IMG/VR virus record: IMGVR_UViG_3300034032_000034
Coordinates: 1 to 43,162 of that record
Length of the DNA: 43,162 bases
Strand: one strand, 5' to 3'
DNA from: a virus
Taxonomy: Duplodnaviria > Caudoviricetes
The notes beneath the pieces were generated by a model. The model had not been told where the DNA came from and searched no databases. It saw only the letters and a list, made by a program, of their open reading frames with translations. Shown piece after piece: positions 17,654 to 27,622 of this stretch. The position numbers and the translations under genes were made by a program. Within the stretch, counting starts at the first letter, position 1. Each line of letters opens with the position of its first letter.

Positions 17654-18112
17654 TTAGGCGGGCGCGGCGACCTTCACGATCTCGGTGCAGATCTCGATCA
17701 CCGGCGCTGCGGTGATGACGCTGTCGGCGCCGTCGACCGTCTCGGGGTAGCCGAAGACGCGGCCGCCGAAATAACGCTTCTCGCCGGTCGGGTAGGTGAC
17801 CAGAAAGCTGTACAGCTTCGAGGTGGCATCGTCCGAGGACGTGCGCAGCAGCGTCTGGCCGGCATCGTCGGGATCGTGGGCGAGCGACGGCGACAGCGAA
17901 CCGTAATCGGCCGAGCCCTTGTGCTTCTGCTTCGCGCCTTTCAGGGGCTGGAACTCGACCTTGGCGAAGGTCACGCCGATCGCGCCGATCTTCTCGATCT
18001 GGCCGATATCGGTGTAGGTCAGCGCCGCATAGCCGGCGGCGTTCAGGGTGGCGGGGCTGGCTGCGGAAATGCCGAGCGTCGAGCCCGCCGCGGTGGACGT
18101 CTTCATGGTCAA
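17654..18112 (-). CDS. Major tail tube protein
   Basis: KHKGSADYGSLSPSLAHDPDDAGQTLL motif; position; AAGGAG RBS. Confidence 0.85.
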   Translation of the reverse strand: MTMKTSTAAGSTLGISAASPATLNAAGYAALTYTDIGQIEKIGAIGVTFAKVEFQPLKGAKQKHKGSADYGSLSPSLAHDPDDAGQTLLRTSSDDATSKLYSFLVTYPTGEKRYFGGRVFGYPETVDGADSVITAAPVIEICTEIVKVAAPA

Positions 18113-18170
18113 TTCTCCTTGGAGGGGAGCCGGGCATGCCGGCGGTGGTCAGCCCACGGGGGGCGAAAGA

Positions 18171-18446
18171 TCAGGTGGTGGCGTCGCCTTCGCCCGTGGC
18201 GGGCGCGGGCGGATCGGCGGGCGCCGCCGCGGGCGCCTTGGTGCGCCGCTTGGCCTTGGGTGCCGCCGCGGGCGCCGGGCGCGGCTTGCGCGGCGACGGC
18301 GCCGCGCTGACAAGCCCGGCCGCTTCGTAATTGCCGAACGCGCCGGCATCGATCAGCGCCGTGGATCCGGCTTCGAACCGCTCGCCGGTGCCGGCGTCGG
18401 TGAATCCGCTGACGATCTGCGCCCGCTTCCTGTTGGTCTCGGCCAT
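18171..18446 (-). CDS. Small virion-associated hypothetical protein
   Basis: MAETNRKRAQIVSGFTDAGTGERF...; AGGAG RBS. Confidence 0.65.
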   Translation of the reverse strand: MAETNRKRAQIVSGFTDAGTGERFEAGSTALIDAGAFGNYEAAGLVSAAPSPRKPRPAPAAAPKAKRRTKAPAAAPADPPAPATGEGDATT

Positions 18447-18460
18447 GGTTCTTCTCCTGG

Positions 18461-18859
18461 TCAGGCGTCGTAGCTGACGCGAAAATCTTGGGTTTGTTCG
18501 AAGCTGTCGCCGGGGCCGCGCATGTCGGGCCCGGTGCCGGCGGTCAGGATCGAGACGCTCCGCCCGCCGCCGACGTCGCCGGTCAGGCCCGCGCAGCAGG
18601 CCTTCACCAGCGCGATCGCCGCCCGCTGCTCTCGGTAGCTCGCGGCTCGCACGGTGACCGCAATCCTGTCGGTGGTCCGGGTCGTCGCGCCGCGCTTCAG
18701 CACCTGCCGCTCGACCGAGCTGGCGCATCGTATCAGCAGCGCGGTCAGCTCGACCCCATCGGGAAGCGCGCCCGCCTTGATCCGTTCGATGGGCACGACG
18801 GCGAGCAGGCCCGCGTGGGCGCGCAGCAGCGCGCCAACGATGTCGACGCCGGTCGTCAT
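18461..18859 (-). CDS. Tail terminator/completion protein (DUF3168-like)
   Basis: 132 aa in canonical position; start overlaps the upstream stop. Confidence 0.7.
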   Translation of the reverse strand: MTTGVDIVGALLRAHAGLLAVVPIERIKAGALPDGVELTALLIRCASSVERQVLKRGATTRTTDRIAVTVRAASYREQRAAIALVKACCAGLTGDVGGGRSVSILTAGTGPDMRGPGDSFEQTQDFRVSYDA

Positions 18860-19407
18860 TCGTCGTCGCCTTCGTCGATGGACGGCCCGCCATTGTGGCC
18901 GATGCCTCTCTGCTTGAGGCGCGCGTTGATGTAGCCCTGCGCCGCTGCGACCGCCTCGTTTTCTCTCCTGTCGAGGGCGGGCCTGAACGTCGGTTGCGGG
19001 TCGGCGCCGGGGTGAAACACGGACTTGCCGACAAAATTGCCGCCGATCACCAGCGAGTGCTCGCCGTCCCCTTCTCTGGCGAGCGTGTTGAGCCGCCTGG
19101 CGGTCCTGCCCCCGGTCTCGCTTACATCGACAGAGATCCAGTGCGGCGCGGTGCCGTATTCCAGCCAGGTGCCCACGGACCGGGCCCAGCCCGGCTTCAG
19201 GTCGATCCGCACCACGATCCGGCCGTCGCCCTTTTGAAGCCGTGTCCGGACGCCGTCGCGCACCGCCTCGGAAGGCGTCGTCGCCTTGATCTCGTCGGCG
19301 ACCACCTTGCCGCCGGCACGCGCGGCGCCGCGCAGCACGTTGTCCAGCTTGGCGGGAGCGCCGTCCAGGAAGCGTTTGACCTCCGCCTTGCCCCGCACCG
19401 TCGGCAT
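18856..19407 (-). CDS. HK97 gp10-like tail completion protein
   Basis: LEYGTAPH...HPG...PTFRPALD motifs. Confidence 0.85.
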   Translation of the reverse strand: MPTVRGKAEVKRFLDGAPAKLDNVLRGAARAGGKVVADEIKATTPSEAVRDGVRTRLQKGDGRIVVRIDLKPGWARSVGTWLEYGTAPHWISVDVSETGGRTARRLNTLAREGDGEHSLVIGGNFVGKSVFHPGADPQPTFRPALDRRENEAVAAAQGYINARLKQRGIGHNGGPSIDEGDDE

Positions 19408-19757
19408 CAGGCCGGGTTCCCGGCCGTGCTGTAATCCTCGACGCTGAACTCCAGCCCCTCCCGCCGACCGAGCTCCGCCGGCCCGGCAACAATCTGCATG
19501 ATCCGCGCCCCCATCACGAACCGCATGTCCGGCGTAATCCCGTCCCGGTACCGGATCCGCACCCGCGCCGCCCGCGCCGCCACGTTGATCCCGCCCGCCT
19601 CGCGCTCGGCCCGGCTCGCCAGCACGTCCTTGACCTGGGCAGCGACCTTGTCGTGCACCAGCTCCCACGAGCCGGAGCCCGCACCGTCGAGGCTGTCGTC
19701 AGCCACCGGGCGCTCGATGCGGATGCGCCGATCGAGGTCGCGGGAGCGGAGCTTCAC
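19407..19757 (-). CDS. Head closure / head-tail adaptor (SPP1 gp16-like)
   Basis: LDRRIRIERP...IRYRDGITPDMR motif. Confidence 0.88.
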   Translation of the reverse strand: MKLRSRDLDRRIRIERPVADDSLDGAGSGSWELVHDKVAAQVKDVLASRAEREAGGINVAARAARVRIRYRDGITPDMRFVMGARIMQIVAGPAELGRREGLEFSVEDYSTAGNPA

Positions 19758-20293
19758 AGCCAGAACCGATAATCGGCGACCAGGGCGCTTACATCCACGG
19801 GTGCATCGTCGAAGCGGCCGCGGAACAGCGCATAAGCGGCAAGCCGCAACTTCGCCGGCACTTCCTCGGCCGCCTCGCCATAGCCGACATCAAGAACGAC
19901 AGTGATCGCCCCTTTCACAGCCGACGCAGTGGGCCAATTATGGCCTGGGGAGAGCCGGAGGCCCTGCTCCAGCGGGGCGCCCTGGAGTTCGTAGCGATCG
20001 GCATCGAGCAGCTGCTCGACGCCGGCGCCATCGCGATACCGGATGCTTGCCACGGCGCGGATCGGACCAACCCTGAAATGCTCCAGGTCGGCGAAGCGAT
20101 CGGCGCTGACCTGGACCCGCTGGTTTAGCAGGCGCAGCCCCGTCTGATCCTCGACGTCTTGGGCAGCCGCCGCCGCGAACAGCTTGAGTTCTTCGTCCAG
20201 CTCGTCCCCATCGACCCGCACGAACCCCTTGGCCTGCGGAAGCGGGATGAGCTCGCCTGCTGCCGGCGTGATGGTAAGGGGCGAGCCGAACAT
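19754..20293 (-). CDS. Head-tail connector (gp6 / phiE125 gp8-like)
   Basis: AKGFVRVDGDELD...GYGEAAEEVPAKL. Confidence 0.85.
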   Translation of the reverse strand: MFGSPLTITPAAGELIPLPQAKGFVRVDGDELDEELKLFAAAAAQDVEDQTGLRLLNQRVQVSADRFADLEHFRVGPIRAVASIRYRDGAGVEQLLDADRYELQGAPLEQGLRLSPGHNWPTASAVKGAITVVLDVGYGEAAEEVPAKLRLAAYALFRGRFDDAPVDVSALVADYRFWL

Positions 20294-20296
20294 AAA

Positions 20297-20494
20297 TTAG
20301 CTCGCTGCCTTCGCCTGGCGCTTCGGCTTGGGCCGTGCTGCGGCCAGGGCCTTCTCCGATTCCGCGTCCGCGGGCTCGGCCTGGTCGGTCACCATCAGGC
20401 GCACGGCCTCGGCATCGGAGAAAACCTCCGTCTCGTCCTTCGGCGTGAGGTTGATGTCGGGACCGGAAATACCAGTCAGCATGCGGATCTTCAT
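20297..20494 (-). CDS. Small head-associated hypothetical protein
   Basis: 65 aa with AGGAG RBS, downstream of the capsid gene. Confidence 0.65.
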   Translation of the reverse strand: MKIRMLTGISGPDINLTPKDETEVFSDAEAVRLMVTDQAEPADAESEKALAAARPKPKRQAKAAS

Positions 20495-20591
20495 CTGCGT
20501 CTCCTTTTCAGGGGGTCGCCTTGGGCTGAACCGAGGGCGGCCGCCGGAAAAGGAGAGGAGCGCCGGTCGGCGCCCCTCTCGATTTTCAAGC

Positions 20592-21887
20592 TTAGGCGGC
20601 GGTGAGCAGGTGCTTGACCGCGGCGGTGTCGCTGAGCTCGCCGTCGAAGCGGATCAGGCCGGCAATGCCGAGGTCGGGCCAGAAACGTTCGCGCATCACG
20701 CCAACCAGCGGGCTTCCGACCTTGCGGACGAAGTACTTGCCCAAATCGCCGAAAATGACGGGCTTCTTCGCGGCGGCGAGGCCGTCCATGTGCTGATTGA
20801 TGCTGTACGGCCTGCCGTTCAACGACGCCGGAACACCCTGCTGGACGTTCCCGGCCTGCCAGATGTAGCGGCCCTCGCTGTCCTTCAGCTTGCGAAGCGC
20901 AAGCAGCGTGCCGTCGTTAAACATGTAACGGCACTTGGGGCTGACGCGGTACGCCGGGTCGATCGAATGCTCGAGGTCGAGCAGCTCGTCGAAGGTAATC
21001 GCGGCCGCAGCGGCAGAGGTCTTGCCAAGGCTGGAAGCGGTGACGATGCCGTTCGGCTGTCCGGCGCCGGTGCCGGTCGTGTTCCGGCGATTGGCGATGC
21101 GGCCAAGGCGTTCGCCGATGAGATCGCCGAGCAGGGCCTCGACGCCGAAGGCGGAGTCGTTCGCCAGCTCCATGCTGAAGCGGATGAACGGGGTTGCGTG
21201 GACATAGGCCTCGAGCAGCTTCTGCCCGAACACCACGTCGCCGCTGCCGTCGTCGACGATCGCCGCGTTCTCCGCCCGGGCGGCCGCTTCGTTCGCCGTG
21301 TCGTCCACCGTCGGAATGGTGATGTTGTGGCCGCTGGTCGTGGTGATGTCGGTGACGATGGTGCCGTCGTACATCGGGCCCCAGGCCTTCATGGAGCGGA
21401 CGATGAAGGCAGCCAGTTCGGTGGGGACGGTGTAGCCGCCCGCGATTGCAACGCCGGCGGACTGGGCACGGAGCTCTTTCAGGTCCTGCTTCGAAGCGAC
21501 GCCGCCGCGAAGCGCGCTGCGCTCCTCCTGGCTCAGATCGGAAGCGTCGCCCCCGACGGCCAGGAATTTGTAGAAAGCGGAGCGGTACGTAACCGTGCCA
21601 TCTTCCTCGGTGACGCTGCCGCCGCCGAGGTCTGCGTCGCCATTGGCGCCCGGGCGATGCGAGTCGCGAGCTTCCTTGGCGCGCTGCTCGGCGTCCTTTT
21701 CGATCTTCGCCATGCGCTCTTCGCGCGCGATCTTCACGTCGATGGCGTCGACCTCAACCATGAGGTCGTCGTGGCGCTTGTCGAGCTCGGCGGCGCGCGC
21801 CTCGTCGGTATTCTTGCGGATTTCGTCCAGCGCGGCGCGCGCGTCGGCGATCAGCTTGTCCCGCTTTTCGAGCAGTTCCTTCAGCAT
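20592..21887 (-). CDS. Major capsid protein, HK97 fold with N-terminal scaffold domain
   Basis: Coiled-coil N-terminus, GGYTVP, GTGAGQPNGI, LKDSEGRYIWQ and FGDL motifs; AGGAG RBS. Confidence 0.95.
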   Translation of the reverse strand: MLKELLEKRDKLIADARAALDEIRKNTDEARAAELDKRHDDLMVEVDAIDVKIAREERMAKIEKDAEQRAKEARDSHRPGANGDADLGGGSVTEEDGTVTYRSAFYKFLAVGGDASDLSQEERSALRGGVASKQDLKELRAQSAGVAIAGGYTVPTELAAFIVRSMKAWGPMYDGTIVTDITTTSGHNITIPTVDDTANEAAARAENAAIVDDGSGDVVFGQKLLEAYVHATPFIRFSMELANDSAFGVEALLGDLIGERLGRIANRRNTTGTGAGQPNGIVTASSLGKTSAAAAAITFDELLDLEHSIDPAYRVSPKCRYMFNDGTLLALRKLKDSEGRYIWQAGNVQQGVPASLNGRPYSINQHMDGLAAAKKPVIFGDLGKYFVRKVGSPLVGVMRERFWPDLGIAGLIRFDGELSDTAAVKHLLTAA

Positions 21888-21905
21888 GTCTGTCTCCTGG
21901 GCATG

Positions 21906-21936
21906 AAAAAGCCCGCTGGCGGAGTGCGCAGCGGGC
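21906..21936 (-). terminator. Intrinsic terminator-like hairpin between protease and capsid genes
   Basis: GCCCGCTG-N10-CAGCGGGC-TTTTT on the minus strand. Confidence 0.55.
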
Positions 21937-21990
21937 CGGTTGCAGGGCGGCTGTGGCGCCGCCGCCTCGGGCTCTCGCCCGGAATTTGGT

Positions 21991-22614
21991 CTAGCGGATG
22001 CCCCGCTCGGCCTGCGCCTGGCGGGCGCGGCGCTCGGCCAGGCGCGTCTGGGCACCGGCTTTGTTGTGCTGGCGGCGCTCGCTACGGGCGCCCTCCAGGC
22101 TGCGCAGCCCGATCTCCGTGTCGGTATATTGCGGAAAGGCGGTGATCGTCACTTCGACAAGGTCGACGTCGAGGATCGTCCGCTTCGGCGGTTCCACCGT
22201 CTCGTCCCACTCCTGCTTGCGTGTGCAGAAGCCGAACGACATGCCGGTGATGTCGCCCCGCTCGACCAGGACGGCGATGTCGCGGCCGTCCGTGGTGTCG
22301 GGCAAATCGATCTCGACCTTGAGCCCCTTGGCGTCCTCGTCGATGCGCAGTGTCTTGGCGCTGGACCGACCGATTACCCGGCCCATGTCGTGGCTGTAGA
22401 GCGCAACGACGTCGTTTTCCCGCAGCGATCGGGTGAAGGCACCGGGCGCAATGGTCTCGACCCAGCAGCCGCAGATGTCGGTCTCGGAATCGAACACGGC
22501 CGCGTAGCCGGTCACGGTGCGGCCTTCGGCGTCTCCGCCGGCGGAACGCACCTCTAGGCGGGTGACGTTGACCCGGGTCTCGCGCCCGTCAGTCTTGGGG
22601 CTGGGATCCGCCAT
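21991..22614 (-). CDS. HK97-family prohead protease
   Basis: GYAAVFDS...ETIAPGAF...HD...GMSFGF...EVT...P.Y motifs. Confidence 0.93.
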   Translation of the reverse strand: MADPSPKTDGRETRVNVTRLEVRSAGGDAEGRTVTGYAAVFDSETDICGCWVETIAPGAFTRSLRENDVVALYSHDMGRVIGRSSAKTLRIDEDAKGLKVEIDLPDTTDGRDIAVLVERGDITGMSFGFCTRKQEWDETVEPPKRTILDVDLVEVTITAFPQYTDTEIGLRSLEGARSERRQHNKAGAQTRLAERRARQAQAERGIR

Positions 22615-23875
22615 CGTCTTCTTCTCCGTCTGGTTTGTCACCGGCGTCATTGGCCGCCGGCTTGACCTGGACCTTGCCAGCCATCTCGATCGGCACGGTG
22701 GCGCTCTGGATGTAGAGCTTGTCGCCGCCGGGCTTCGGCGGGCGGTTGAGCAAGTCTCGTCCTTCATCCGGTGTTAGCAGCGCCGTCTGCACCCCTCGCG
22801 CCAGCGCCTCGAGACGCGTCTTGAAGTCGCCGCGCATGATGCCATCGAGGTTATGCTCGACATACCGGACGTTCCTCTTCGCCCCGAAGAGCTTGAGGTT
22901 GAGCTCGTCTTCCAAGGCCTTGGCCCAGTGGGCGATCAGATGCTTGACGACGACGAGGTCCTGCTGCTCGACGTTGGCGAATGTGCCGCGGCTAAGCTCG
23001 TGCAGGAAGGCTGGCGGCAAATTGTAGACGCGGGCGATCTCCTGAATTTGGAAGAGCCGGGCTTCCGTCATTTGCCCCTTGGCCGGGTCGAAGCCGATCG
23101 GCTTCAGTTCGTAGCCAGTGGGCAACTGAACGATCGGCTTTCCGCTCTCCCGCGCCACGTCGATCGCCCGCTGGATGTCGCTATAAGCGCGCTTCTGCGC
23201 CTCAACGCCTGTGGGCATCGGTCCGGAGACGCTGAGCGGGGGCACGCCGCCACCGGCGAAGAAGCTGCCGGCATAGTCGCCCATCGCCAGAGCAACCGCG
23301 ATTGCCTTTGAGCCGAGTGCAATTGGACCGAAGTGCGAGATCTGATCGCGTTTCAGGAAGAAGGCGATGTCGACGATCTCGCTCGATGCGTAGGTGCGGC
23401 CTCCGATCTGGTAGGTTCGGACGCCGTTCACGGCGCGCATCGATACGCCGGCGGGATCGATCGGCCAGAGCCCGACGACCTGCGTGCCTGCCCGTTCGAT
23501 CCACATCAGGCCGCGGCCGCCGGTGAAAACCTGCTGCCAAAAATATTTACGGGCCGCGAAGCTGGACCACTCGCCGTTGGGCGCTTCGTTGAGAATTCGC
23601 TGCAGCGGGCCGCCTGCTTTGACGGGTGCGTCGTCTACCACCTTGAACAGGTGAAGCGGAAGGTTGGCCAGTGCTCCAGGGATGAAAGTCGCCGCGCATA
23701 GCACCGCCGGAACGGTGAGTGCGCTGTCGATCGTCACGGAAGGCAGGTTCACCCCGCCGACGCCGAAGAAGCCGAGAAAGTCGCTGGCGCCCACCGATAC
23801 TGTAGGATCTTCGATGTTGGCCCGCGTCTCCGCCGCCGGCGCCGATCGGCGGATGTCGAAGCCGAGCACTTTCAT
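22589..23875 (-). CDS. HK97-family portal protein
   Basis: PAV...LANLPLHL...PNGEW, EIARVYNLPP and LTPDEGR motifs. Confidence 0.93.
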   Translation of the reverse strand: MKVLGFDIRRSAPAAETRANIEDPTVSVGASDFLGFFGVGGVNLPSVTIDSALTVPAVLCAATFIPGALANLPLHLFKVVDDAPVKAGGPLQRILNEAPNGEWSSFAARKYFWQQVFTGGRGLMWIERAGTQVVGLWPIDPAGVSMRAVNGVRTYQIGGRTYASSEIVDIAFFLKRDQISHFGPIALGSKAIAVALAMGDYAGSFFAGGGVPPLSVSGPMPTGVEAQKRAYSDIQRAIDVARESGKPIVQLPTGYELKPIGFDPAKGQMTEARLFQIQEIARVYNLPPAFLHELSRGTFANVEQQDLVVVKHLIAHWAKALEDELNLKLFGAKRNVRYVEHNLDGIMRGDFKTRLEALARGVQTALLTPDEGRDLLNRPPKPGGDKLYIQSATVPIEMAGKVQVKPAANDAGDKPDGEEDDGGSQPQD

Positions 23876-25728
23876 TCAGCCTCCTCCGCCACCAGCGAGA
23901 AATTCGGGTCGTCCCAGGGTGAAACCGAGGGCGGTCCGTCCAGCGACACGTTGTCGGCCGCGCCGACGCCCATTGCCGCCGTCACAATGCCGTCGATGCG
24001 GCCGCGGGAGCGCTTCTTGTCGAAGCACCGGTTGCTCATGCCGTCCTCGTCCAGCGCCGCGTTGGCCGCGCAACTGTAGGTGACCGGCGAATTGTCGATC
24101 GTGATCGTCCTCTTGAGGATTCGGTCCTCGAGCCGCTCGATCGAGCGCGGCATGCTATATTGTCGGTCTTCGAACCGAACCTGCTTTCCCTGCGCGTGGG
24201 CAACCATCTTGAGGCCGTAGCCTTCCGGCTCGCTTGGCCCTTTGAACCGCCAGGCCGGGAAGCCGATCTCCTCGCAAGCAGCCTCGAAATCCGCGATCTT
24301 GGCCGGATCGAACACCAGCTCGCCGACCTCATGGTCGCTGCACAGCTGCTTCACCTGCTCCGCGACGAAGGTGTAATCGATCGTCGTGCCGCCGACCGCA
24401 GCTAGCCAACCTTCCTCTACCCAATCCTCATACGGCGCCAGATCCTGCACCGCCCGGTCTTCCAGGCCTTCCTTGGCCGTCCAGTACCAGGTCTTCGACC
24501 AGAGATGCCCGTCGTCGTCGATCCACGTCGCGGTGAGCGCCGTAAGGTCGTTCTTCTTCGACAGATCGAGGCTGAGCCAGCATTTGCAGCCGCGCAGCTC
24601 GGCAACCTTGGCGTCGTCGATCGGCCCCTGGACTGCCGCCCAGTCGGTTTCGTTGATCCAGAAGTCGGCGGCGCCGGCGGGGATGCCGAAGTAGAGCCGC
24701 CTGACCGAGGAGGCCGTCGACGGCCGCGTCCTGGCGGTCTCCACCGCCTCGCGAATGTTGGTGATCGGGTAGGTGATGCCCAGCGCCGGGAGCGATTTTC
24801 CCCAGCACGCTTCGTTGTCGAAGACCGTTTCACGGTCGGCTTTGTCGATCCGCGCCACGAAGGCGAAGGCCGTGTCGTTCTTCAGGTCGCCCTTGGCCAC
24901 CGCCTGCGCGGTGTCCGAAATCGACGTCCCGACGAATTGCGACTTCGCCGGCGTGTTGCTGCCCAACACCATCATGGCGCTGCCGGCGATCTTGTCGATC
25001 GCGCGTGCCCAGATCTCGAGCTGGTTGTCGGTGGAGAATTCGTGGATCTCGTCCGCAAGCACCATGCGGGGCCGCGGACCGGATTGCTGCTTGCCGTCGG
25101 CAAGCGGCAGGAAGAAGCTTTGCGAGCTCGGATGCTCGATCTTGTGGGCGTTGTCGCCCTCGCCGCGGATCACGACGTGGCCGAGCTGCTCCAGCGTCTC
25201 GTCGTCGTCATAGCCCGGTACCGGCGCCCGGCACATCGCCGTTGCGTCCTTGAACAGGACCATCGACGTCTGCTTGTTCGCCGCGATCGAATAGATCTGC
25301 GAACGCTGGAAGCCGCACCAGCCCATGGCGTAGAGGCCGAGGCCCGCCATCATCGGGGATTTGGCCTGTCCCTTGCCCGTCTCGACATAGCCGGAGCGGA
25401 AGCGCCACCGGCCCTCCGCATTCACCCATCCCATCAGCGATCCGACGCAGAAGGTCTGGTAGGGGATCAGATGGAAAGGCTTGCCGGCCGCCGGCCCGTC
25501 CGTGATCGTGAATAGCGACGGAAAGAAGTCCAGAGCGCGTTGCGCCAGCTCCGGCCGCCAATAATATCCCCTCTTCTCCGCGTCCCTCAGGTCCCTGAGG
25601 TGCCGCTCCGCCGAGTGCCGAACCGATTCGCCGACAACGAAGTCGCCGCGGACCGCCGCCTCGGCCCAAGCCGTGGTCGGGTCGACCGGGTTTGTCTTAG
25701 CCCTTCGGCCCGAGGAACGCGTCGGCAC
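23872..25728 (-). CDS. terL: Terminase large subunit (start uncertain)
   Basis: Walker A-like GKGQAKS, Walker B LADEIHE, nuclease LDLSKKND and RIDG. Confidence 0.93.
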   Translation of the reverse strand: MPTRSSGRRAKTNPVDPTTAWAEAAVRGDFVVGESVRHSAERHLRDLRDAEKRGYYWRPELAQRALDFFPSLFTITDGPAAGKPFHLIPYQTFCVGSLMGWVNAEGRWRFRSGYVETGKGQAKSPMMAGLGLYAMGWCGFQRSQIYSIAANKQTSMVLFKDATAMCRAPVPGYDDDETLEQLGHVVIRGEGDNAHKIEHPSSQSFFLPLADGKQQSGPRPRMVLADEIHEFSTDNQLEIWARAIDKIAGSAMMVLGSNTPAKSQFVGTSISDTAQAVAKGDLKNDTAFAFVARIDKADRETVFDNEACWGKSLPALGITYPITNIREAVETARTRPSTASSVRRLYFGIPAGAADFWINETDWAAVQGPIDDAKVAELRGCKCWLSLDLSKKNDLTALTATWIDDDGHLWSKTWYWTAKEGLEDRAVQDLAPYEDWVEEGWLAAVGGTTIDYTFVAEQVKQLCSDHEVGELVFDPAKIADFEAACEEIGFPAWRFKGPSEPEGYGLKMVAHAQGKQVRFEDRQYSMPRSIERLEDRILKRTITIDNSPVTYSCAANAALDEDGMSNRCFDKKRSRGRIDGIVTAAMGVGAADNVSLDGPPSVSPWDDPNFSLVAEEAE

Positions 25729-26203
25729 TGGCGCTGCGCTCCCGCTTCTTCGCCACCTTCCCAACGCGGCCGCGCCGCCCCGGCGAAAGCCCAAGCTGCG
25801 CTTCCAGGCGCTCGGCTTCCTTCCCAGCGCCTTCCATGGCCTTGTACTGGGCGGACAGCCTCGGGATTGCCTTCGGGTTGTTCTCGTTCGGCTCGGTCAC
25901 CATCCCGTGCAGCGCGACGTGAAGCGAGCAGCGGTCGTAGACCAGGTAGGCGAGCACCAGGCGCAGCAGCGCGTGGCTGTTGGCGGGCGAAAGCGTCTCC
26001 CGCTCCCGCATCTCGCCGGCAACCGCCCGCCAATGCGCCCGCGCCGCCTCCCGCTCGCCCGGATCGGGCAGCAAAACCGCCCAATTCGGCTCAGGAGCAA
26101 TGCCCTCGCCACCCGCAGACGGCGTTTTCCGCACCTTCTTGAGCCCAGCACCCGGCTTCGCGACGGCCTTTTTCCCTGCCGCGAACACCGCCTGCACCAT
26201 CAA
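25697..26203 (-). CDS. terS: Terminase small subunit (P27-like)
   Basis: Immediately upstream of terL; C-terminal EAQLGLSPGRR. Confidence 0.8.
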   Translation of the reverse strand: MMVQAVFAAGKKAVAKPGAGLKKVRKTPSAGGEGIAPEPNWAVLLPDPGEREAARAHWRAVAGEMRERETLSPANSHALLRLVLAYLVYDRCSLHVALHGMVTEPNENNPKAIPRLSAQYKAMEGAGKEAERLEAQLGLSPGRRGRVGKVAKKRERSASADAFLGPKG

Positions 26204-26341
26204 TCCGTCCCCAACTTTTTACTTTCAAACACCCTGCAGCGTACATGGCCCCACTGCGCGGTGTCCGGGCAGGGGCGCCTCAGGGATCGACCCTCCCCCC
26301 CTCAGGGGCGGAGCAGGAGGAGGATCGATCGCTAAGGCGCA
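26204..26341. other. Putative cos/packaging region
   Basis: Intergenic between HNH and terS, with a G-run (GGGGGGAGGG on minus) and A-tracts, the usual location in HNH-terS phages. Confidence 0.45.
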
Positions 26342-26695
26342 TCAGCCGCGAGGACTGCGGTTCCACGGATGGCCGGCACTGGTCGGCCGACCATCGCCGC
26401 CGACTCCGCGCCCCTCGATCGGCGCCGCCTTGCCGAACTGGCGGGCGGTGATCTCGTCGTCATGCGGGGAGCAGAGGTTCTCCGTGTTGTCGTCTACGTC
26501 CTCGCCGCCCCGGGCGAGCGGCACGATGTGGTTGACCACCGTGGCCGGCTCGGTGCGCCCCTCGTCCAGGCACATGTGACAGAGCCCGCCGGTGCGCTGC
26601 AGGCGCCGCTGCCGGTCCCGCTGACCAGCCCGGCCGCGCTTGCGCTTGTCCGGAGTGCCGTCGGCCCGCTGCCAGGCCCTACGGGTGCCCGGCAT
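26342..26695 (-). CDS. HNH endonuclease (packaging-associated)
   Basis: LCHMC...VVNHIVPLARGG...NTENLCSPHD. Confidence 0.9.
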   Translation of the reverse strand: MPGTRRAWQRADGTPDKRKRGRAGQRDRQRRLQRTGGLCHMCLDEGRTEPATVVNHIVPLARGGEDVDDNTENLCSPHDDEITARQFGKAAPIEGRGVGGDGRPTSAGHPWNRSPRG

Positions 26696-26900
26696 CGTCG
26701 GCCGCGTTCGTCATTGCACGGATGGGAGCCGTCACGTGCCCGACCTGGAGGTGTACCTCGTGCTCGAGCTTTCGCACTCGCGAGATTGCCTCCTCGCGCC
26801 GGCGCTGTGCCGCGCGCATGTCGATGAACGCCTGCACCTCCTCACGACGCGCAACCGTCAGCTCGGCGATCATTTCATCGAGCTTCGCGCGGTCGTCCAT
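26679..26900 (-). CDS. Hypothetical coiled-coil protein
   Basis: 73 aa, GGAG RBS, overlaps the HNH start. Confidence 0.6.
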   Translation of the reverse strand: MDDRAKLDEMIAELTVARREEVQAFIDMRAAQRRREEAISRVRKLEHEVHLQVGHVTAPIRAMTNAADDAGHP

Positions 26901-26912
26901 CCGGTGCGCTCC

Positions 26913-27425
26913 CTAGCTGCCGACCGTGCCGCCCTGCTCGACCGGGGTGAGCACGAAGCGCTCGCCCCCATCGATGCGGAAGCCGAGCGCCGCGATCGCC
27001 GTGCCCTTGGCACCGCCTGCCTGCAGCAGCTTCAGCGTCGCGGCCCGGTCGATTGAATATCTCACATGGGTTGTCTGCGTGGCATAGCGGGAGCCCAGCA
27101 GTGCGGCGACAGCCTCGTCGTCCTTGTCGAAGCGGTGACCCAGCTTGGCTCTGCCCGCCACGGTGCCGATCGTGCAGCCGCCAAGCTGCATCGTCTTACG
27201 TCCCTTGGGCAGGAGCGCGTGACCCTTGCCCATCCACCACGTGGCGATCGCGGCCTCGAGCCCGGCGAGCTCGGCCACGATGGGCGCTACCTTGGCATCG
27301 GCCGCGGCGTTGACCTTGCCCAGCATCGCCTGCCGGCGCGCCTCAATGGCCGCCACGGACGCGCTCAGCGCCCCGTAGGACGTCAGGGTAGCAGTTGCCG
27401 CCTCGGTTGTACGCGGTGCCTTCAC
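26913..27425 (-). CDS. gam: Mu Gam-like host-nuclease inhibitor
   Basis: Long N-terminal helix followed by KGRKTMQLGGCTIG and IDRAA..K...G.RI..GERF, as in Mu Gam. Confidence 0.7.
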   Translation of the reverse strand: MKAPRTTEAATATLTSYGALSASVAAIEARRQAMLGKVNAAADAKVAPIVAELAGLEAAIATWWMGKGHALLPKGRKTMQLGGCTIGTVAGRAKLGHRFDKDDEAVAALLGSRYATQTTHVRYSIDRAATLKLLQAGGAKGTAIAALGFRIDGGERFVLTPVEQGGTVGS

Positions 27426-27622
27426 AGCAGCACCGGGGCGGCCAGGAGGGCGACAACGTCGTTCATTCGCCCTTGCCCTGCCACCATGGCCCGTGCGGCA
27501 AGGAGCTCGCGCTCGACCTGCTCCAGCCAGCGGGAGGTTACCACGGCGACGGAGCCCTCGGGTATCGCCTCGATCGTGGACCGAAGCTTATCCATATCAA
27601 GCGGCTTCATGCGGGTCACCAC
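27422..27622 (-). CDS. Hypothetical protein
   Basis: 66 aa, overlapping its neighbours. Confidence 0.5.
   Translation of the reverse strand: MVTRMKPLDMDKLRSTIEAIPEGSVAVVTSRWLEQVERELLAARAMVAGQGRMNDVVALLAAPVLL

Noticed and set aside
26342-26695. HNH as a homing endonuclease or defence nuclease
   Set aside because: Size and position next to terS match the standard packaging-associated HNH.
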